DNA of 64,000 nucleotides. It comes from Pseudomonadota bacterium. Lineage in GTDB: Bacteria > Bdellovibrionota_C > UBA2361 > OMII01. Of this stretch, positions 22,127 to 31,800 are shown in pieces. Within the stretch, counting starts at the first letter, position 1. Each line of letters begins with the position of its first letter. The translations under genes and the position numbers were made by a program. The stretch spans positions 67,440-131,439 of the forward strand of contig JAYPVM010000006.1 of assembly GCA_038134595.1 (NCBI GenBank), written 5' to 3'. The notes under the pieces are model-generated. The model was not told the DNA's origin. It searched no databases and saw only the letters and a list, made by a program, of their open reading frames with translations.

Positions 22127-24136
22127 CTAGCTTGATACCTTGCGCGCTTCAAGCATCTTTGCGACAACTACTGGCTCGCTTCCGCTATTTTGTCGGTGCC
22201 TGTTCATGGCCACTCGAATCGGGTCCTGCGGCGGAGACCAGCCTCGGCTACGAAGATAGGATGTTAACTCCTTAACGTCGACAATAATAGAGGTCTTATC
22301 TACAAACACGACGAAAGGATACTGCTCCTTATCGACCCCTTTTCTTGGTAACGAGTAGAAAAGCAATTCCTCAGACGGACGCGACGTCAACTCCTTCACA
22401 ACTTTGTCTAATGGCGGAAAGTACGTTGCCTTACTGAGCTTCTCTGGGCGAAAATCCTCTCGTCGGTATACAAAGTGGGTAACCCCTTCGGGAGCAAGGA
22501 GCGTGACTAGCTCCTGCAATGAAGTCGCATAATGAGCTCGAAGCGAAATCTCGCTCCGACGCCTCATCTCCAGATTGTAGCGTGGATAGAACGGCTGTGA
22601 AGTCTCGGTAGTCACCAATGCTCTTCTTATCCCAAACAATTGCATTCCATCACAGTGAGTCGGGTGACAAGCTATCAAGGAATCAGACGGAGTATTGTCT
22701 CGAATCCACTCATACATCTTTCCGCGCTTGTAAAAGTGATAATTGAAATTAGCATCACCCTGCAAGCCATTACCTGAGCAGAGAAAAACCACAGCTCCCA
22801 CGACGGTAAAACTAATAAGAGCACCCCAACAGCTACGAAGCGTATCAGCTTTACCCCCTGTATTGCAGAGATTGGCTTCTCGCTTTTCCCGTTTCACGAA
22901 CAAGCGCCAAATACCGACACAGAAAGCGGTAATAAGAACAACGACCATCGGGATTTGCAAATGTCTATCTGGCACAAACAGCCAAAAAGCCACAAGGCGA
23001 GACAAGAAATACGTACATGACGCAGCCAAACCAAAAAAGAAAACTTCTGCTGGAAAGACCAATCGCCTTCTCAGTGCGCCAGCTCCGGCTATCAGCAGTA
23101 AACTACCGGGGACAGCCCACCACATAATCTCTCGCAAGAAAACCGGAGGTCGAAAAAGCCGTCCGATAAACGCCTGCAAGCCAAAAATTTTATACTCCGA
23201 TAAGATGGGCCTTAGCGGCAGAAACGGAAATCTACCAAAAGGCTTTTGGAATTCAGGCATACTAGCCGCTTCCGAAAAAGACACCATTTGACCAATATGC
23301 GCTGGTCGCTGAACAACTAGCAGAGCAACAAACACAAAAAGCGGGACAAGTGCTATTGATTGCACCAACACCTTACGGGCGGTTCTTCGCTCCTCCCCTC
23401 GACTACTAACGGCTCGCCATATCAAAAGAAAACCGTATGCCACACCAACAATCAAAGCCCCTGGCGGATTCAACATCGAACCAACAAGAATTGTTCCCAA
23501 ACAAGCCCAATGATTTCGCGTGGTCGCAAAGTAGAGAAACGCCGTAAAAATCGCCGGCGTCCAACCGCGCGGCAACCCCCCCGTCATCCGCTGCATAGTG
23601 TTGCGAGAGTGTAAAAGCCAAACAACTGATAGAAAAGCTGGCACCATGGCATTGTTAGACAGCCGCCGCACCGCCAAAAACAGAAATGTTACTGCAAGAC
23701 CCACTTGCAACAACATAATCCAATGCCCCGTCATGATCGGGTTTTTGGTAGCCAATGTTACGACAAAACTAAGCCAATAGTGTACGGGCGGTAAACATCC
23801 CCGCATAACTTCAGCAATCAAGTCATTACTAAATCTCCCGGGATACAGAGCATCATACAAAGGAAAAGTCTGCTGTGTCGCATCGTCGGTAGTCCATAGG
23901 GGATGAAACCACCGTCCCTGTAAACTAGTTAAAAATGCCGCAGCGTAGTACACAAGCAAGGCGCCGGACAAAAGAATCGGGGTGGTAACATACCTACGCA
24001 CCCAACCCCACAAATACATTATGCCATTAACTCGGTCGTGATTGCCGGCCGCTCCCTGCGCCGTCTTAACTGCATGGGCAGGCGATTGAGAAGAAAGAGC
24101 ATCTTCGGAGACGTTAACTGGACTACTCTGCATCAA
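22127..24136 (-). CDS. Large polytopic membrane protein with a C-terminal soluble domain, function unknown (possible second GT-C-type transferase)
   Basis: 669 aa with more than 10 predicted TM helices, followed by a hydrophilic C-terminal domain of about 230 aa. It is 26 nt upstream of, and co-directional with, the GT39-like gene. Confidence 0.5.
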   Translation of the reverse strand: MMQSSPVNVSEDALSSQSPAHAVKTAQGAAGNHDRVNGIMYLWGWVRRYVTTPILLSGALLVYYAAAFLTSLQGRWFHPLWTTDDATQQTFPLYDALYPGRFSNDLIAEVMRGCLPPVHYWLSFVVTLATKNPIMTGHWIMLLQVGLAVTFLFLAVRRLSNNAMVPAFLSVVWLLHSRNTMQRMTGGLPRGWTPAIFTAFLYFATTRNHWACLGTILVGSMLNPPGALIVGVAYGFLLIWRAVSSRGEERRTARKVLVQSIALVPLFVFVALLVVQRPAHIGQMVSFSEAASMPEFQKPFGRFPFLPLRPILSEYKIFGLQAFIGRLFRPPVFLREIMWWAVPGSLLLIAGAGALRRRLVFPAEVFFFGLAASCTYFLSRLVAFWLFVPDRHLQIPMVVVLITAFCVGIWRLFVKREKREANLCNTGGKADTLRSCWGALISFTVVGAVVFLCSGNGLQGDANFNYHFYKRGKMYEWIRDNTPSDSLIACHPTHCDGMQLFGIRRALVTTETSQPFYPRYNLEMRRRSEISLRAHYATSLQELVTLLAPEGVTHFVYRREDFRPEKLSKATYFPPLDKVVKELTSRPSEELLFYSLPRKGVDKEQYPFVVFVDKTSIIVDVKELTSYLRSRGWSPPQDPIRVAMNRHRQNSGSEPVVVAKMLEARKVSS

Positions 24137-24658
24137 ACTGAACCTTTCGGACTATAACTTCTTGCAAGAATCGACGACTAGAACAGACAATCAAACACTA
24201 TCTCCGACTAAGGAAGTTTCGTGCCTACCTGTTTTGGGCTAGGTTATCCGTCCATAGGAGCTTAGTCAAACCCCATAAAGTACCGAAACCGCACAAAATA
24301 CAGGCATTTAAAAAAGACTTTTGCGCCACAGGCAAACTACAGCCGAGTAGCATTTCAATCTCGCTGTTAAAAAACAACGAGCATAGCCAACAATACACCG
24401 ATCAGGCGCTGCCTCTCGTGCCCCCCATTCTCGTACTTGCACCGAATATGGTTTCATTTATCTCTCGATTTCACGCAATGATTCGTTAAATGACCAGCTC
24501 TCGCCCCCTCATAAGCCGGGCCGCTAGCCTATTGAACTTTACGACAAGAGAACTTAGCTTACAAAAAAGATTATTTACTCTCTAGCGTAGTTTGCCAAAA
24601 AAAATTATTACGGTAAGCGTACACGATTAAACGTTATATTCTGATTGAGTATATTAAA

Positions 24659-25222
24659 ATGACAAAAAGAACCTGGCTCCACGCCACACTGATAACAACG
24701 ACACTAACCATCCTGACAGGCTGTGGTGGCGGCGGGAGCAATAGCAACGATAACTTTGTAGGAGCTGCGTCAGTAGTGGTTCGCACAGCACCTTCTCGAA
24801 TAGACTCAGGAGACAGAACTCTGACCAGAATTGAAGTTTCATCTGTCCACGAAAACGGAATCGCACTAAAGGTTCGCTTTCCGAGTGGTCTTCGATACGT
24901 TTCTGGCTCTGCCCTGCTAGAGGTTGACAATAGAGAGATTGACATTTCGCCCACTGTAAATTCAATCGCACGCGCTGAAGACCAAACGTATTTAATCTTT
25001 TACCTCGAACAAAGCTTATTTAAGCGGGCCAACCAACCATACAACGGCGAATCGGGGACGGTTACTCTTCAACTTGAAGGTCGTGAGGAAGTTGAACGGG
25101 GCTCCATAGATATTGACGCAGATGTCGACGATCCGGCCGAGGATAATTCCACAGAGTTTGACATAGAGAATCCTGAATTCATATCAGAGTCATCAGCGTC
25201 AATTGAGGTCATCGTTGAGTAA
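24659..25222 (+). CDS. Hypothetical lipoprotein with an acidic C-terminus
   Basis: Signal peptide with lipobox (LTILTGC), a Gly/Ser/Asn linker, then a beta-rich domain and a D/E-rich tail. An AT-rich divergent promoter region lies upstream. Confidence 0.55.
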   Translation: MTKRTWLHATLITTTLTILTGCGGGGSNSNDNFVGAASVVVRTAPSRIDSGDRTLTRIEVSSVHENGIALKVRFPSGLRYVSGSALLEVDNREIDISPTVNSIARAEDQTYLIFYLEQSLFKRANQPYNGESGTVTLQLEGREEVERGSIDIDADVDDPAEDNSTEFDIENPEFISESSASIEVIVE

Positions 25223-25444
25223 GCGTTTAGTTTGACAAGCCCAAAAGGCATTTAACGGCAGCATAACGCCCCTCAATATAATTGCGGATAATCAACAACT
25301 CTACTATGCTACCCGTGGGGGTCATTGTAACGGATACAACCTTGGAGCACAGAGAGCCTCGGGGAGCTATTGAAGCCTCCAGAAAGTACCGGCCTCACAG
25401 AGCCATTATCTTGCAAGAATTACCTTTTTAGATGAGGTGTAACA

Positions 25445-26764
25445 TTGGGCAATCACCGACAAATCCTTCTCGAACACATTAATAATCCAGATCAACACAC
25501 CCTTGCCGGGTATGAATCTAGAGACGGCTATAAAGCCGTCCTGAAGACTCTGGCTATGGAGTCCTCTGCAATTATCGATGAAGTCAAAAACTCTGGTCTC
25601 CGAGGTCGAGGAGGCGCAGGATTTCCTGCCGGTCAAAAGTGGAGCTTTGTCCCTCGCGATACTGGAAAACCCACGTACATCATTTGCAATGCGGACGAAA
25701 GCGAGCCTGGAACGTTTAAAGATCGTCTCTTACTTGAGAAAAACCCCCACGCAATAATCGAAGGAATGATGATTGCCGCCCTAGCTGTTGGGAGCAAATG
25801 GATGTGTGTATACATCCGTGGAGAATATGCATTTCCGTATACACAGCTCAAAAAGGCGGTCGACGAGTGCTATCAAAAGGGATATCTAGGGAAGAACATC
25901 TTTGGCTCTCAGCGCGAGCTTGAACTAGTGGTTCATCGCGGAGCTGGGGCCTACATATGTGGGGAAGAGACAGGGCTTATTGAGTCACTCGAGGGGAAGA
26001 AAGGACAGCCGAGATTAAAGCCCCCCTACTTTCCCGCCGTCTTGGGGCTATATCATGCGCCAACAGTGCTCAATAACGTTGAGACTTATGCCGCAGTTCC
26101 ATGGATAATTCGGAACGGCGCGGAGGAATATGCAAAAATAGGTACAGAGAAATCAAAAGGGACAAAGCTTGTTTCTGCCTCGGGACACATCAACAACCCA
26201 GGTGTGTACGAAATTGAGATGGGGTATCCATTCAAACGATTCCTTGAGGAGGAGTGTGGCGGCATGCTAGACGGTACCACACTAAAGGCCGTCATTCCGG
26301 GTGGGTCATCAGTACCGATTGTAAGAGCCGATGAGATTGAAGATGTAACCATGGATTATGAGGGATGGAACAAGCTTGGAACATTTTTGGGCTCAGGGGG
26401 AGTTATTGTTATCAACGATTCAGTTGATATGGTTGACGCCATCCGCAACCTCACTCACTTTTATGCCCATGAATCATGTGGGCAATGCACCCCGTGTCGC
26501 GAGGGAGGGCATTGGTTGGCGAAAACCTTCGACAGAATCCTTGATCAACGAGGAAAACCTAAAGACATAGAGTTCATTCAAACAGTAGTTAACCAAATTG
26601 CGGGACACACAATTTGCTTTTTGGGCGACTCCCTAGCAATGCCGATAAAGAGTTTTATGGCGAAGTTTCCGGAGGAATTCGCAGCTCTCACAGAACACAA
26701 GGAAAGCTCACCAACAAAGGACATACAGAGCAACCTGCATGCATCGTACAATCAAGGGGCATAA
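25445..26764 (+). CDS. nuoF: NADH:quinone oxidoreductase flavoprotein subunit NuoF homolog (51-kDa subunit)
   Basis: 439 aa with the FMN/NADH site (GRGGAGFPAGQKW, GAGAYICGEETGLIESLEG) and 4Fe-4S ligands (ESCGQCTPCREG). The start is TTG at 25445. No nuoE or nuoG is adjacent. Confidence 0.85.
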   Translation: MGNHRQILLEHINNPDQHTLAGYESRDGYKAVLKTLAMESSAIIDEVKNSGLRGRGGAGFPAGQKWSFVPRDTGKPTYIICNADESEPGTFKDRLLLEKNPHAIIEGMMIAALAVGSKWMCVYIRGEYAFPYTQLKKAVDECYQKGYLGKNIFGSQRELELVVHRGAGAYICGEETGLIESLEGKKGQPRLKPPYFPAVLGLYHAPTVLNNVETYAAVPWIIRNGAEEYAKIGTEKSKGTKLVSASGHINNPGVYEIEMGYPFKRFLEEECGGMLDGTTLKAVIPGGSSVPIVRADEIEDVTMDYEGWNKLGTFLGSGGVIVINDSVDMVDAIRNLTHFYAHESCGQCTPCREGGHWLAKTFDRILDQRGKPKDIEFIQTVVNQIAGHTICFLGDSLAMPIKSFMAKFPEEFAALTEHKESSPTKDIQSNLHASYNQGA

Positions 26765-26861
26765 GCATACAATGGCAGTCGCAGACTGTCTTGCAAGAAA
26801 AATCCGCTCGGCAGAGCCTCTCGCTCGAGGCTCAAGTAAGACCTGCACTGCTGTATTGGAC

Positions 26862-27863
26862 ATGACATCGAAAGAAACGCGCGCCCTTAGTGTAAAAACC
26901 TTTCGATATTTCAATCGGAACAGCCCCACCTCTCATCAGGGGGCCTTCTCAGAGCTACTATCCACACCATCTTCCTCAACAGAAACATCTCCCCGTACCA
27001 CGGAGAGCTCGGGTGGCTATTACCGCTCAAAAGCCAAGCCGAACAATTGTGCAAGTCGAACCATACAGATAGCCATACTAGTACTACTAACTATGTCTAT
27101 TTTCCCACATCAAGCTGTTTGCACTCCTTCTCCAGAATCTCAGAAGTGGCAAACCTTACGACCGGGATTAGAATCAATTACCACATCAGTCAGTGGTGAA
27201 TTCCTCTTTTCCTCTTCAATCCTAGCTGTCCGGGCTTCACCAATTACATTTCAACCAAAAGTATTTCGCGCAGTAGAATTTGGGGCTCCAACGGCCTCAG
27301 CCAAGCGAGTTTGCCAGGCAAGTGGAGCCAGTGCTTGCATCAACGCAAACTTCTTCGACGAGCAACACCGCCCGCTTGGAACGGTGATCAGTCGAGGAAT
27401 CATCCACAAAAATATCCACAGAGGAGGAGGAACCCTCACGGGCATCTTTGTAGCTACAAAAAACAGCTTATCCATAAAACATCGAAAAAGCTTCATTACG
27501 GAGAACGTTCTCGAAGCCTTTCAAGCTGGTCCACGTCTCATTGCTCATGGACATCCAGTTAGTGGTATCAAGGCATCGTCAGCACAAGGAGCGCTTTCCA
27601 TTCTCTGCATTGATTCTGAAAAACGAATAATTTTGGCAAAAATTGCCCTTTCAATCTTCGCTCGTTATCCATCAAAAATCCAAAGCACATTACTGCAAAA
27701 GCCCTTTAACTGTATTGATGCGCTCAATCTCGATGGAGGAAGCTCGTCACAATTATTTGCGTGGGGAGAGCAAACTCCGGCAAAGCTCGACTCCTCGAAG
27801 GTTATCGACTCACCTGGTTTGGATATGGTTCCGGTGGTGTTTGCTCTTGTAGCGCGACCTTGA
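26862..27863 (+). CDS. Phosphodiester glycosidase family protein (DUF2233/NAGPA-like)
   Basis: C-terminal LNLDGGSSS motif and surrounding region typical of the phosphodiester glycosidase family. A hydrophobic segment (IAILVLLTMSIF) precedes the domain. The start is uncertain: the ORF opens at 26739 overlapping nuoF, and ATG candidates lie at 26862 and 27093. Confidence 0.55.
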   Translation: MTSKETRALSVKTFRYFNRNSPTSHQGAFSELLSTPSSSTETSPRTTESSGGYYRSKAKPNNCASRTIQIAILVLLTMSIFPHQAVCTPSPESQKWQTLRPGLESITTSVSGEFLFSSSILAVRASPITFQPKVFRAVEFGAPTASAKRVCQASGASACINANFFDEQHRPLGTVISRGIIHKNIHRGGGTLTGIFVATKNSLSIKHRKSFITENVLEAFQAGPRLIAHGHPVSGIKASSAQGALSILCIDSEKRIILAKIALSIFARYPSKIQSTLLQKPFNCIDALNLDGGSSSQLFAWGEQTPAKLDSSKVIDSPGLDMVPVVFALVARP

Positions 27864-28324
27864 ACCAGGCAGGTATCTGAAGGGGGCCATCTTCATTCTA
27901 ATAAGAGCTTCTTTCCGCCCACCATCAACCATTCCTCCGCTACGGTTCTATTATTACTCCTTCAAAAAACCCGCGCGAATCAAAGTCAGCTTGCATCCAA
28001 AAAGGTCGCTCTTTATCGCCCAACAAGCCTGCTCAGTGCCCGACAACGCATCTTTCTATCCACTGATTAGGAAATCTTAAATGGCAACTGATACGATCTA
28101 AACATCCCCAAAACACTGTACAAACTCCTGTGGATGCCTGCCGCTGATTTTAAGTCCCCTGATTCATGAGGTTTTGCGGCTCGGATAGATAGAATCTTCA
28201 GCCCTGCCCTATTCTCGTCAAACAATGTACGTTGACATACATTGCTTCCTCCCTGTAGCTTAGTTGAAGGTACTTGAAGTACTATATGAAGTATATCTGT
28301 TCGAGCAGTAATTGGAGTAGCTAC

Positions 28325-28840
28325 ATGACGGTTCACATTCTTGATAGGGAATTTACAGCAAAGGATGTACAAGAAATCCTGAGGACACTCACCGGTGATT
28401 CTGAAAAAATCGGTCTTGCATTACTAAACTACTACGCCCGAACAAATCTGGTTCCCACTACAGGCAAGACGAAAAGCCGGGGCCGCGCCAAATATTCATA
28501 TCCAGATTTAATCCTACTCTGTTGGCTCTTTCGAATGAAAAGAGAGGGACTTCCCGTCAACCGATTCCGAAGAGGTATTGATTATCTCCGAAAGCGCCTA
28601 CCCAAGCTCCATAAAAACCCGAGCGACATGGTTTTGCTGACAGATGGCAAACAGCTCTTCATCAAGCATCGTGTTGCCGAAAAAGGAGATATTGCCGAGG
28701 TGCTGACCGGAAACAAGGCGGGCCAATACGTGTGGGCGTATGCCATCGGCTCATTAATTGAAGAAGTGGATAAAATTATCACAGAGCTCACAGAAACCAA
28801 AAAGCTTGACGATAAAACAGACTCGAAAGTCGCCGCATAA
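28325..28840 (+). CDS. MerR-like HTH transcriptional regulator (tentative)
   Basis: The N-terminus reads FTAKDVQEIL...LNYYARTNLVPTTG...YSYPDLILLCWLFRMKREGLPV, which fits the MerR HTH pattern. GGAG SD sits 7 nt upstream of the ATG at 28325. The ORF track starts earlier, at 28274. Confidence 0.5.
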   Translation: MTVHILDREFTAKDVQEILRTLTGDSEKIGLALLNYYARTNLVPTTGKTKSRGRAKYSYPDLILLCWLFRMKREGLPVNRFRRGIDYLRKRLPKLHKNPSDMVLLTDGKQLFIKHRVAEKGDIAEVLTGNKAGQYVWAYAIGSLIEEVDKIITELTETKKLDDKTDSKVAA

Positions 28841-28858
28841 TCAATAGAGAGTGTATCC

Positions 28859-29017
28859 ATGAGCAAATCAAATACAGTCAAGCAGATATTCGATCTCCTA
28901 TTAGAGAGAAAGGCTTGGTGGCTGGTTCCGATGGTAGTGGTCTTTCTCCTTGTAGGCCTTCTGATTGTGGCAACAAATGGGTCAGCTATTTCACCCTTTA
29001 TCTATGCCCTTTTCTAG
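28859..29017 (+). CDS. 52-aa single-TM micro-protein, DUF5989/SxtK-like (C-terminal SAISPFIYALF)
   Basis: Translates to MSKSNTVKQIFDLLLERKAWWLVPMVVVFLLVGLLIVATNGSAISPFIYALF. It is absent from the ORF track because it is under 60 aa. It begins 18 nt after the MerR-like gene. The motif architecture (KxWW, TM, GSAxAPFIYxLF) matches a conserved small-protein family as I recall it. Confidence 0.5.
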   Translation: MSKSNTVKQIFDLLLERKAWWLVPMVVVFLLVGLLIVATNGSAISPFIYALF

Positions 29018-29132
29018 CATGGGGCCCGTTTCTCACACGTAACGGGCTAATGCATATAAGCTCCTTTAAATCGGTCGGCCAGTTCACGCTACTGTGGCCT
29101 AATCGTCGCTCCCCCTCCAGAGAGTCCTAGCA

Positions 29133-29540
29133 CTAGTCTTTTGAGGTGACAGTTCCAACTGCATCCAGAAAATCTTGCGGCGGCTTTACAGAGCGCCTGC
29201 TCTCCAGACTCATGAACGCCAACCCAATCCGAGCCTCCATTACTACCTTGCCTCGCGCGTTATAAACACTCTGATCAATAAAGAGACGACGCTCATCAAC
29301 AATCATCTCAGCGCATCGCACCTCAATCGCACCCTCTTTGAGCTCCCTCTTGTACTTTGCCTCGACAGAAATTATCACCAATGCATCTCCTCGGGCCAAC
29401 ATAGATTCATAAGAAACGCCCAAACTATCTAAGTAGGCGATTCGAGCTTTTTCAAGAATTTCAAGACATTTGGCATGATGAACGTGATGATACGTCGAAT
29501 CAACCAACTCTCGGTCAATAGTGTACGGAAATACGAACAT
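29133..29540 (-). CDS. Hotdog-fold acyl-CoA thioesterase (4HBT/YbgC-like)
   Basis: 135 aa with the 4HBT pattern (YHHVHHAKCLEILEKAR...GDALVIISVEAKY). Confidence 0.75.
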   Translation of the reverse strand: MFVFPYTIDRELVDSTYHHVHHAKCLEILEKARIAYLDSLGVSYESMLARGDALVIISVEAKYKRELKEGAIEVRCAEMIVDERRLFIDQSVYNARGKVVMEARIGLAFMSLESRRSVKPPQDFLDAVGTVTSKD

Positions 29541-29584
29541 GCTTGTCCCTTTAAAAAACTCATACTGGTTAAACTCAGACTTTC

Positions 29585-30907
29585 ATGATTATATCTCAAC
29601 AGCAATATCAGAACACCAACAACCACATGCAACAGACTTACAGTAGACGAATCAAGAAAGTCCTTAAAAAGCTAGCCGCCGAGCCCCGTTCTAGCTGCTT
29701 AGTACTAACGAGCAATCCTGTAGCACGTCGCTCATTAGACACTGAATATCCATATCGGCAGAATAGCGACCTCTTTTATCTCACAGGTTCGCTAAGAAAC
29801 GATATCACACTAGTGTTACGCCCAAACACTAGTGAGCCTATCACACTCATAGTCCCACCAGAGGATAAAATAAAAAATCTCTGGGAGGGCGCTCCACCGA
29901 ACATACGGCCCGTTGCAGAAGAACTCAATGCTCGCCTGATCCGCTCTACCGGAGCAGCTGAAACTGTCTTCAAAATGATCCGCAGATTTGATTCCGTCTT
30001 CCTACCGACAAACGGCAGTCCACTAGCTACAAAACTAAGAAATCACCTCTCATCTCTCCCAAGCCATGAGAAGCGCACACTACCATCTACCGTCATGGAC
30101 GCCGAACCTCTCCTGTCGGAACTTAGATGCGTTAAGACACCGCAGGAAATTGCAAAGATTAAGCGGGCTACCGCTCTTACCTCGGCCGTCTTATATCACA
30201 TTAGTCAAACAATCGCGCCCGGAATAACGGAATATGAAATCGCCACCCTCATAGACTACCTATACCGCCTACACGGAGCCGAGCCAGCTTTTAATACTAT
30301 TGTTGCCGCCGGAAAATCTGCGGCAACACTCCACTATCGTCCGGGAGAGCGCCGCCTAAAGGCAGGAGAGTTTGTTTTGATCGATTCTGGATGCGAATTA
30401 GATATGTACTCTTCAGATATTACTCGAAGTATCCCAATCGGGGAATCGCTACCAGCACCGTTGCGCGACGCGTATGAAATTGTCTTATCAAGCCAAAAAG
30501 CTGCCATAAAAAAAGTAAAACCGGGCGTAACGCTACGTGCTATTCACAATGCTGCGGCCAAGGAAATAACCCTGGGACTTAAAAGCCTCGGCATTCTAAA
30601 GGGGTCAACCGACAAACTACTTCAAGAATCTGCCTATCACCCTTGGTTTCCCCATGGCATCGGCCATTCGCTTGGAATCGATGTTCACGATCCCACCCCA
30701 TTTCAAGACCACAGCGACTTTATCTTACAGCCCGGCATGGTCATAACTATTGAACCCGGCCTCTACTTTCCGAAACGTGCTGGTAAGGTTTCAGCGTGTG
30801 GCATCCGAATCGAAGATGACGTGCTAGTAACCAAACAAGGCTGCCAAATTTTAAGCCAAGACACATTTCCCAAAGAGCTCTCGGAGCTCGCGCTCCTTCT
30901 AGGCTAA
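29585..30907 (+). CDS. pepP: Xaa-Pro aminopeptidase (M24B, PepP)
   Basis: 440 aa with M24 metal ligands (HGIGHSLGIDVHD, D...D...E) and an AMP_N-like N-terminal domain. Confidence 0.85.
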   Translation: MIISQQQYQNTNNHMQQTYSRRIKKVLKKLAAEPRSSCLVLTSNPVARRSLDTEYPYRQNSDLFYLTGSLRNDITLVLRPNTSEPITLIVPPEDKIKNLWEGAPPNIRPVAEELNARLIRSTGAAETVFKMIRRFDSVFLPTNGSPLATKLRNHLSSLPSHEKRTLPSTVMDAEPLLSELRCVKTPQEIAKIKRATALTSAVLYHISQTIAPGITEYEIATLIDYLYRLHGAEPAFNTIVAAGKSAATLHYRPGERRLKAGEFVLIDSGCELDMYSSDITRSIPIGESLPAPLRDAYEIVLSSQKAAIKKVKPGVTLRAIHNAAAKEITLGLKSLGILKGSTDKLLQESAYHPWFPHGIGHSLGIDVHDPTPFQDHSDFILQPGMVITIEPGLYFPKRAGKVSACGIRIEDDVLVTKQGCQILSQDTFPKELSELALLLG

Positions 30908-31023
30908 CATCCTCATTACTATTACGCTTAAGAGTGATCAGGCTTTTATAACCAAAGGGGCGTTCTACTGCGGCAAATGATACATCTGCTCTGCTGCAAT
31001 CATATTACCCCACCGTTGTGGCT

Positions 31024-31800
31024 CTAAAACCCGTAGTGACTAGGATTGCCTAAGATCAGCGTCATCGCAATCACCCGTGGAACAAACCGCTTCGTCTCAT
31101 TAGACAGTTCACCTGCATGAGCTAACTGCCAAAAATCGACCGCTTTTGTTTTTTGTAATTTTCGATTAATTTTCGTACGACCAGCATTATATGCCGCAAG
31201 CGCGAGTCCCCAATCCCCGTAAGCGTTAAACAAATCACGCAGATGTTGCGCAGCGGCTAAGGTAGATCGAGTAAAGTCAAGTCGTTCGTCCCTGATACTA
31301 GAAACCTCAAGACCATAGCTCTCTGCGGTCCCTCTCATAAATTGCCATAATCCCGTGGCACCCGCAGGGCTTCTTGCATACTGATTAAGGTTACTCTCGA
31401 CAGCTGCTAAAGATACCAACTCCTCGGGAACCCCCTTCTTTTTCAACAATCGCTGAATGGATTCGAAAGAGTTTCCCCTCTGGCTCAGAATCTCCTCTAC
31501 TGTACCACGCTCCCGAGTTGTATACCGAACAATCTCACGCCGCACCTCTGGAGTAATGGGAAATGTTAATTTAGGCAGTGGATCGTAAACGTGCTCTAGG
31601 TCGTCATCCCCTGCAAATTCCTCATCGCCAATCCGAGAAGATTCGCCAAACAGGGACAGTCCCAACCCTCTGATGTTTGTGCACCCAAGCAGTCCACTCG
31701 AAACCACTAAAAAAAAGATAGTCAGAAAGGTTTGCCTTCGACCCCAATAAAAATTTCGGCAGTGGCGCAGCATACGTAGTTCACTAATCTGGATCGTCAT
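31024..31800 (-). CDS. Lytic transglycosylase (SLT-domain) with signal/anchor
   Basis: SLT catalytic motif (AAVESNLNQYARSPAGATGLWQFM) with an N-terminal hydrophobic segment. Confidence 0.8.
   Translation of the reverse strand: MTIQISELRMLRHCRNFYWGRRQTFLTIFFLVVSSGLLGCTNIRGLGLSLFGESSRIGDEEFAGDDDLEHVYDPLPKLTFPITPEVRREIVRYTTRERGTVEEILSQRGNSFESIQRLLKKKGVPEELVSLAAVESNLNQYARSPAGATGLWQFMRGTAESYGLEVSSIRDERLDFTRSTLAAAQHLRDLFNAYGDWGLALAAYNAGRTKINRKLQKTKAVDFWQLAHAGELSNETKRFVPRVIAMTLILGNPSHYGF

Noticed and set aside
26739-26861. Long N-terminal extension of the phosphodiester-glycosidase ORF overlapping the last 26 nt of nuoF
   Set aside because: There is no SD at 26739, and the extension is compositionally odd. 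The start at 26862 or 27093 is more plausible. I kept it as an uncertainty rather than a feature.
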